Source of the DNA: Candidatus Eiseniibacteriota bacterium
Lineage (GTDB): Bacteria > Eisenbacteria > RBG-16-71-46 > CAZAMP01
NCBI GenBank assembly: GCA_965224245.1
Contig: OZ245046.1
Location: 1,952,001 to 2,016,000, forward strand
Reading direction: 5' to 3'
DNA length: 64,000 nt
The notes under the pieces were generated by a model, which was not told the DNA's origin, ran no database searches, and was given only the letters and a program-made list of their open reading frames with translations. This document shows, piece by piece, positions 62,501 through 64,000 of the stretch (position 1 is the first letter of the stretch; each line of letters starts with the position of its first letter). A program made the position numbers and the translations under genes.

Positions 62501-64000
62501 ATCCCCTCGAACCAGACCCGGACGTGCTTGACCTGCGTGTAGTCCGGGAATCCCTCGCGAGAGAACTCGAAGTCGGCTCCCAGCGGGATTCGAATGCGGC
62601 GCCAGCCGTTGTCCGGGTCGATGTCGAACTCGTCGCCGAAGTCGCGCTGGATGTCCGTGATCACGATGTTCGTGTCGACCGAGGCCAGCTCGAAGCGATA
62701 CGTGAAGTAGTCGTCGGTGACGTCGAGACCGAGATCGCCGTTCAGGTCCTCGGTATCCAGGAGGTTGTTCTGCTCGGTTCCGTTGATGAACTCGAAGGCC
62801 TCCAGGTTCGCTTCCGGGTCGTCCTCCTCGTCGGGTCGCGAGCCCTCGATGCCCCAGTCGTCGAAGTTCGGATCCGTCTCCTCGGTCCCGTCGAACTCGT
62901 TGTCGAGGCCCGTATCCTCGTTGCACGTCACGTCCAGGTCGAGGCACTCGTCGAGCCGGCCGTCGCGGGTCACGACGTCCTCGGTGTCGAGAAAGCCGAA
63001 GCCCTTCCCGGGTGCGGTGGGGATGAAGTTGTCGCCATCGGGGCCGGTCCGCCACCACACCGCGTCCTCGGAGACCTGGCCGATGTCGAGGTACATCACG
63101 CCTTCCTCGAACACCGCCGGGTTGTTGAAGTCGTTGATCCAGACGTCGAGGAACTGCGCGGTCGAGAGATCCTCGCCCCGGTTCGAGATGGACTGCGTGA
63201 GACCGAACCAGTTCTCCTGCGGGCGGACGACGGTGCCGTCGTCGAGAGTCTCGTTGGGGAGGAGCCACCACTCCAGGACGCGGACCGCGTCGTCGCGCTC
63301 CTCGCTCGAGAGCTCCGGGTTCAGGTCGCCGCGCAGCGTGGCACGCCGCGGAACGTACCAGGCCATGCGTCCGCGCCGCCGGGCCGCCTCCACGTTGGTC
63401 AGGCCGTCGCGATCCAGAAACAACGTGGGCACGCTCGGAAACTTCCAGGCGGTCCGCGTCAGGTTCAGCTCGCGCGCCTCGCGGGCGTCGTCGAACGTGT
63501 CGATGTAGCCGAAGTCCTTCGTGTTCGGATTGGGCAGACTCAGCCCGACGGCGCCCGACATCGTGATCTGCGAGCGCGACGCCGGGGTGTAGAGCGGCAG
63601 CCGGCCCAGGAGATCGGTCAGGAACACCGACTCGGTCTTGTAGTCGCCGGCCAGCTCCCCGATGATCGTGCGCGTCGGCTCCTCACCCAGCTTCACCCGG
63701 CGGTCGGGATTGCCCTTGCTCTCGTACAGCCACGTCGACGAAAGGCCGTAGTCGCCTCCCTCCGGCCGCAACGACGCCGAGAAGCCGGCCAGCGTGGTTG
63801 ACGTCGCGCCGAACGTCGGCGCGAAGGCGAAGGTCACGTTCACCGGCTCGTCGGGCCGGACGTTGGCCGACTCTCGAATGGTCACGGTGCCGAACTCGTA
63901 GTCGATGTCGTAGTCGCTCCCCCGGTTGAGCGTCCGACTCCCGGCGGTGACGACCTCGGAGTTCTCGAGGATGTTGAACGCGTTGAGCTCGATGACGTTG
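59578..64000 (-). CDS. sprA: SprA/Sov-like type IX secretion system outer-membrane translocon (partial; 5' end lies outside the window)
   Basis: The frame stays open to the window end (NAFNILENSEVVTAGSRTLNRGSDYDIDYEFGTVTI). Also KLGEEP, YIDTFD, DIGQVSED, LDTEDLNGD, WRRIRIPL, RGSPSF and VWVNELRL, a long beta-strand-rich C-terminus and a terminal Phe. Confidence 0.88.
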   Translation of the reverse strand, partial: NVIELNAFNILENSEVVTAGSRTLNRGSDYDIDYEFGTVTIRESANVRPDEPVNVTFAFAPTFGATSTTLAGFSASLRPEGGDYGLSSTWLYESKGNPDRRVKLGEEPTRTIIGELAGDYKTESVFLTDLLGRLPLYTPASRSQITMSGAVGLSLPNPNTKDFGYIDTFDDAREARELNLTRTAWKFPSVPTLFLDRDGLTNVEAARRRGRMAWYVPRRATLRGDLNPELSSEERDDAVRVLEWWLLPNETLDDGTVVRPQENWFGLTQSISNRGEDLSTAQFLDVWINDFNNPAVFEEGVMYLDIGQVSEDAVWWRTGPDGDNFIPTAPGKGFGFLDTEDVVTRDGRLDECLDLDVTCNEDTGLDNEFDGTEETDPNFDDWGIEGSRPDEEDDPEANLEAFEFINGTEQNNLLDTEDLNGDLGLDVTDDYFTYRFELASVDTNIVITDIQRDFGDEFDIDPDNGWRRIRIPLGADFEFSREGFPDYTQVKHVRVWFEGIGAAAPIQIATVEFIGNRWQTGAPEAPILNPAGEPADPGELALGQKFAVSVVNNKDNGDIYEPAFDLRQSRDRQGEEFEGYVSLDLLNFPDGYSGTAYRRFAQKQDYTRYDTIEFFTQVGRPSVGDLELEFFIQFGTTDGLNYYEYRKKLRPDDRGGGWTMVEIPIASFSALKQKMSGDQRYIKEIQEDGSWLVVRGSPSFADVRQISLGAKNVSGEFVRSAGVWVNELRLDDVQRNAATASEFRVDTKLSDLGSVNFSYSGQEADFLRVGEVRAGGVKTRSLSFDSSVNVDRFVPRLGLQLPVSYRFSRNTNEPKFRPGTDLIFDGENADLNVTRNSTRRFSVSYSRSPSRNPFLRYTLDGFSGSYSQDVRRNQQPDRADTTRTWNAGINYNFTTPRHRFIPLPLGMQLDYLPKNFSASTSISRSEQKRWSRSGSSVDEPLTLTNENVNKTHTADWRTSYQLLTKPAVNYQFSSSRDLRQEGGKVAGLDLGLETQRTESLSLNHTFVPIREGALGSPLGAAFTSAFNRVVAPFRPNINWSSRFSSRTQISRSDQGFSTRTPQSVENSTTIRTGASIPLSAFGRWLREITRNDPKPADVDSDGEEEAGSDEPRGRRVGGGPRGRSRAGRDDDGQATPGASGRRDGGFGMNVSLLDVNVQYTDGNSNRHSLVDRMPSFSYQLGLTSELDSDIRTLNTNQSRFGDTQNLNLSSGVKLSRIRVAGKRLGASLDVKVTYTDDSSETTTIQKGIDGSISSPTLSISDRTRWPDLQFTLNGLQEGIPFLESRFRRVGLSTRYSRSEDVTGDQTTPDRSVRVTTDWTPLAQFDATLKSGMRVTLKMDRNVGETTNNATSKSIQRDERSSFSLDVQHTINYRRRVKMPFGATRWISTQIDVAGSISIASQKRLSLNESNAFLEDAGLTQSNRDLRVSLDAGYNFTSTVQGNARLQYTENRDNKKISNTRRSLGLTLSASFRF

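Noticed and set aside
1-64000. CRISPR arrays, rRNA, IS elements, integrases, prophage or defence genes
   Set aside because: No regularly spaced DNA repeats, rRNA-like sequence, or transposase/integrase/phage motifs were seen. The repeats found are protein-level only.

Overview
Core-genome segment of a high-GC (roughly 70% by eye) diderm bacterium. It combines a SprA-type type IX secretion translocon and FlgD-Ig/T9SS-like C-terminal sorting domains with canonical sigma70 promoters and Shine-Dalgarno sites. That mix suggests a non-Bacteroidota FCB lineage such as Eisenbacteria, Krumholzibacteriota or Latescibacterota (inference). Left to right: a partial GT2; two secreted proteins; tRNA-Glu and tRNA-Gln preceded by an intact but catalytically eroded glutamyl-tRNA synthetase homologue; a 1739-aa gingipain-family (C25) protease; acpS; a small GT4-Wzx-GT-C cassette facing a FemAB/GNAT gene; YfaP-like and OmpA lipoproteins; a 14-repeat secreted protein; a tRNA Gly-Cys-Leu(UAA) cluster with an unannotated 23-codon, TTA-containing ORF just upstream of tRNA-Leu(UAA); a short aspartokinase; galT-like and glmU-like genes; an 18-kb Wzx/Wzy polysaccharide locus (wza, Wzc-N, ExeA ATPase, BY-kinase with a broken Walker A, nucleotidyltransferase plus phosphodiesterase pair, flippases, five GT4s, priming transferase); the conserved rimP-nusA-infB-DUF503-rbfA-truB-ribF-rpsO-pnp-dut block; and the 3' part of sprA. 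No CRISPR array, rRNA, transposase or integrase was seen. Best leads are the pseudo-GluRS, the TTA-containing small ORF before tRNA-Leu(UAA), and the NTase/phosphodiesterase/pseudokinase modules inside the polysaccharide locus. All family assignments come from motif recognition by eye; no searches were run.
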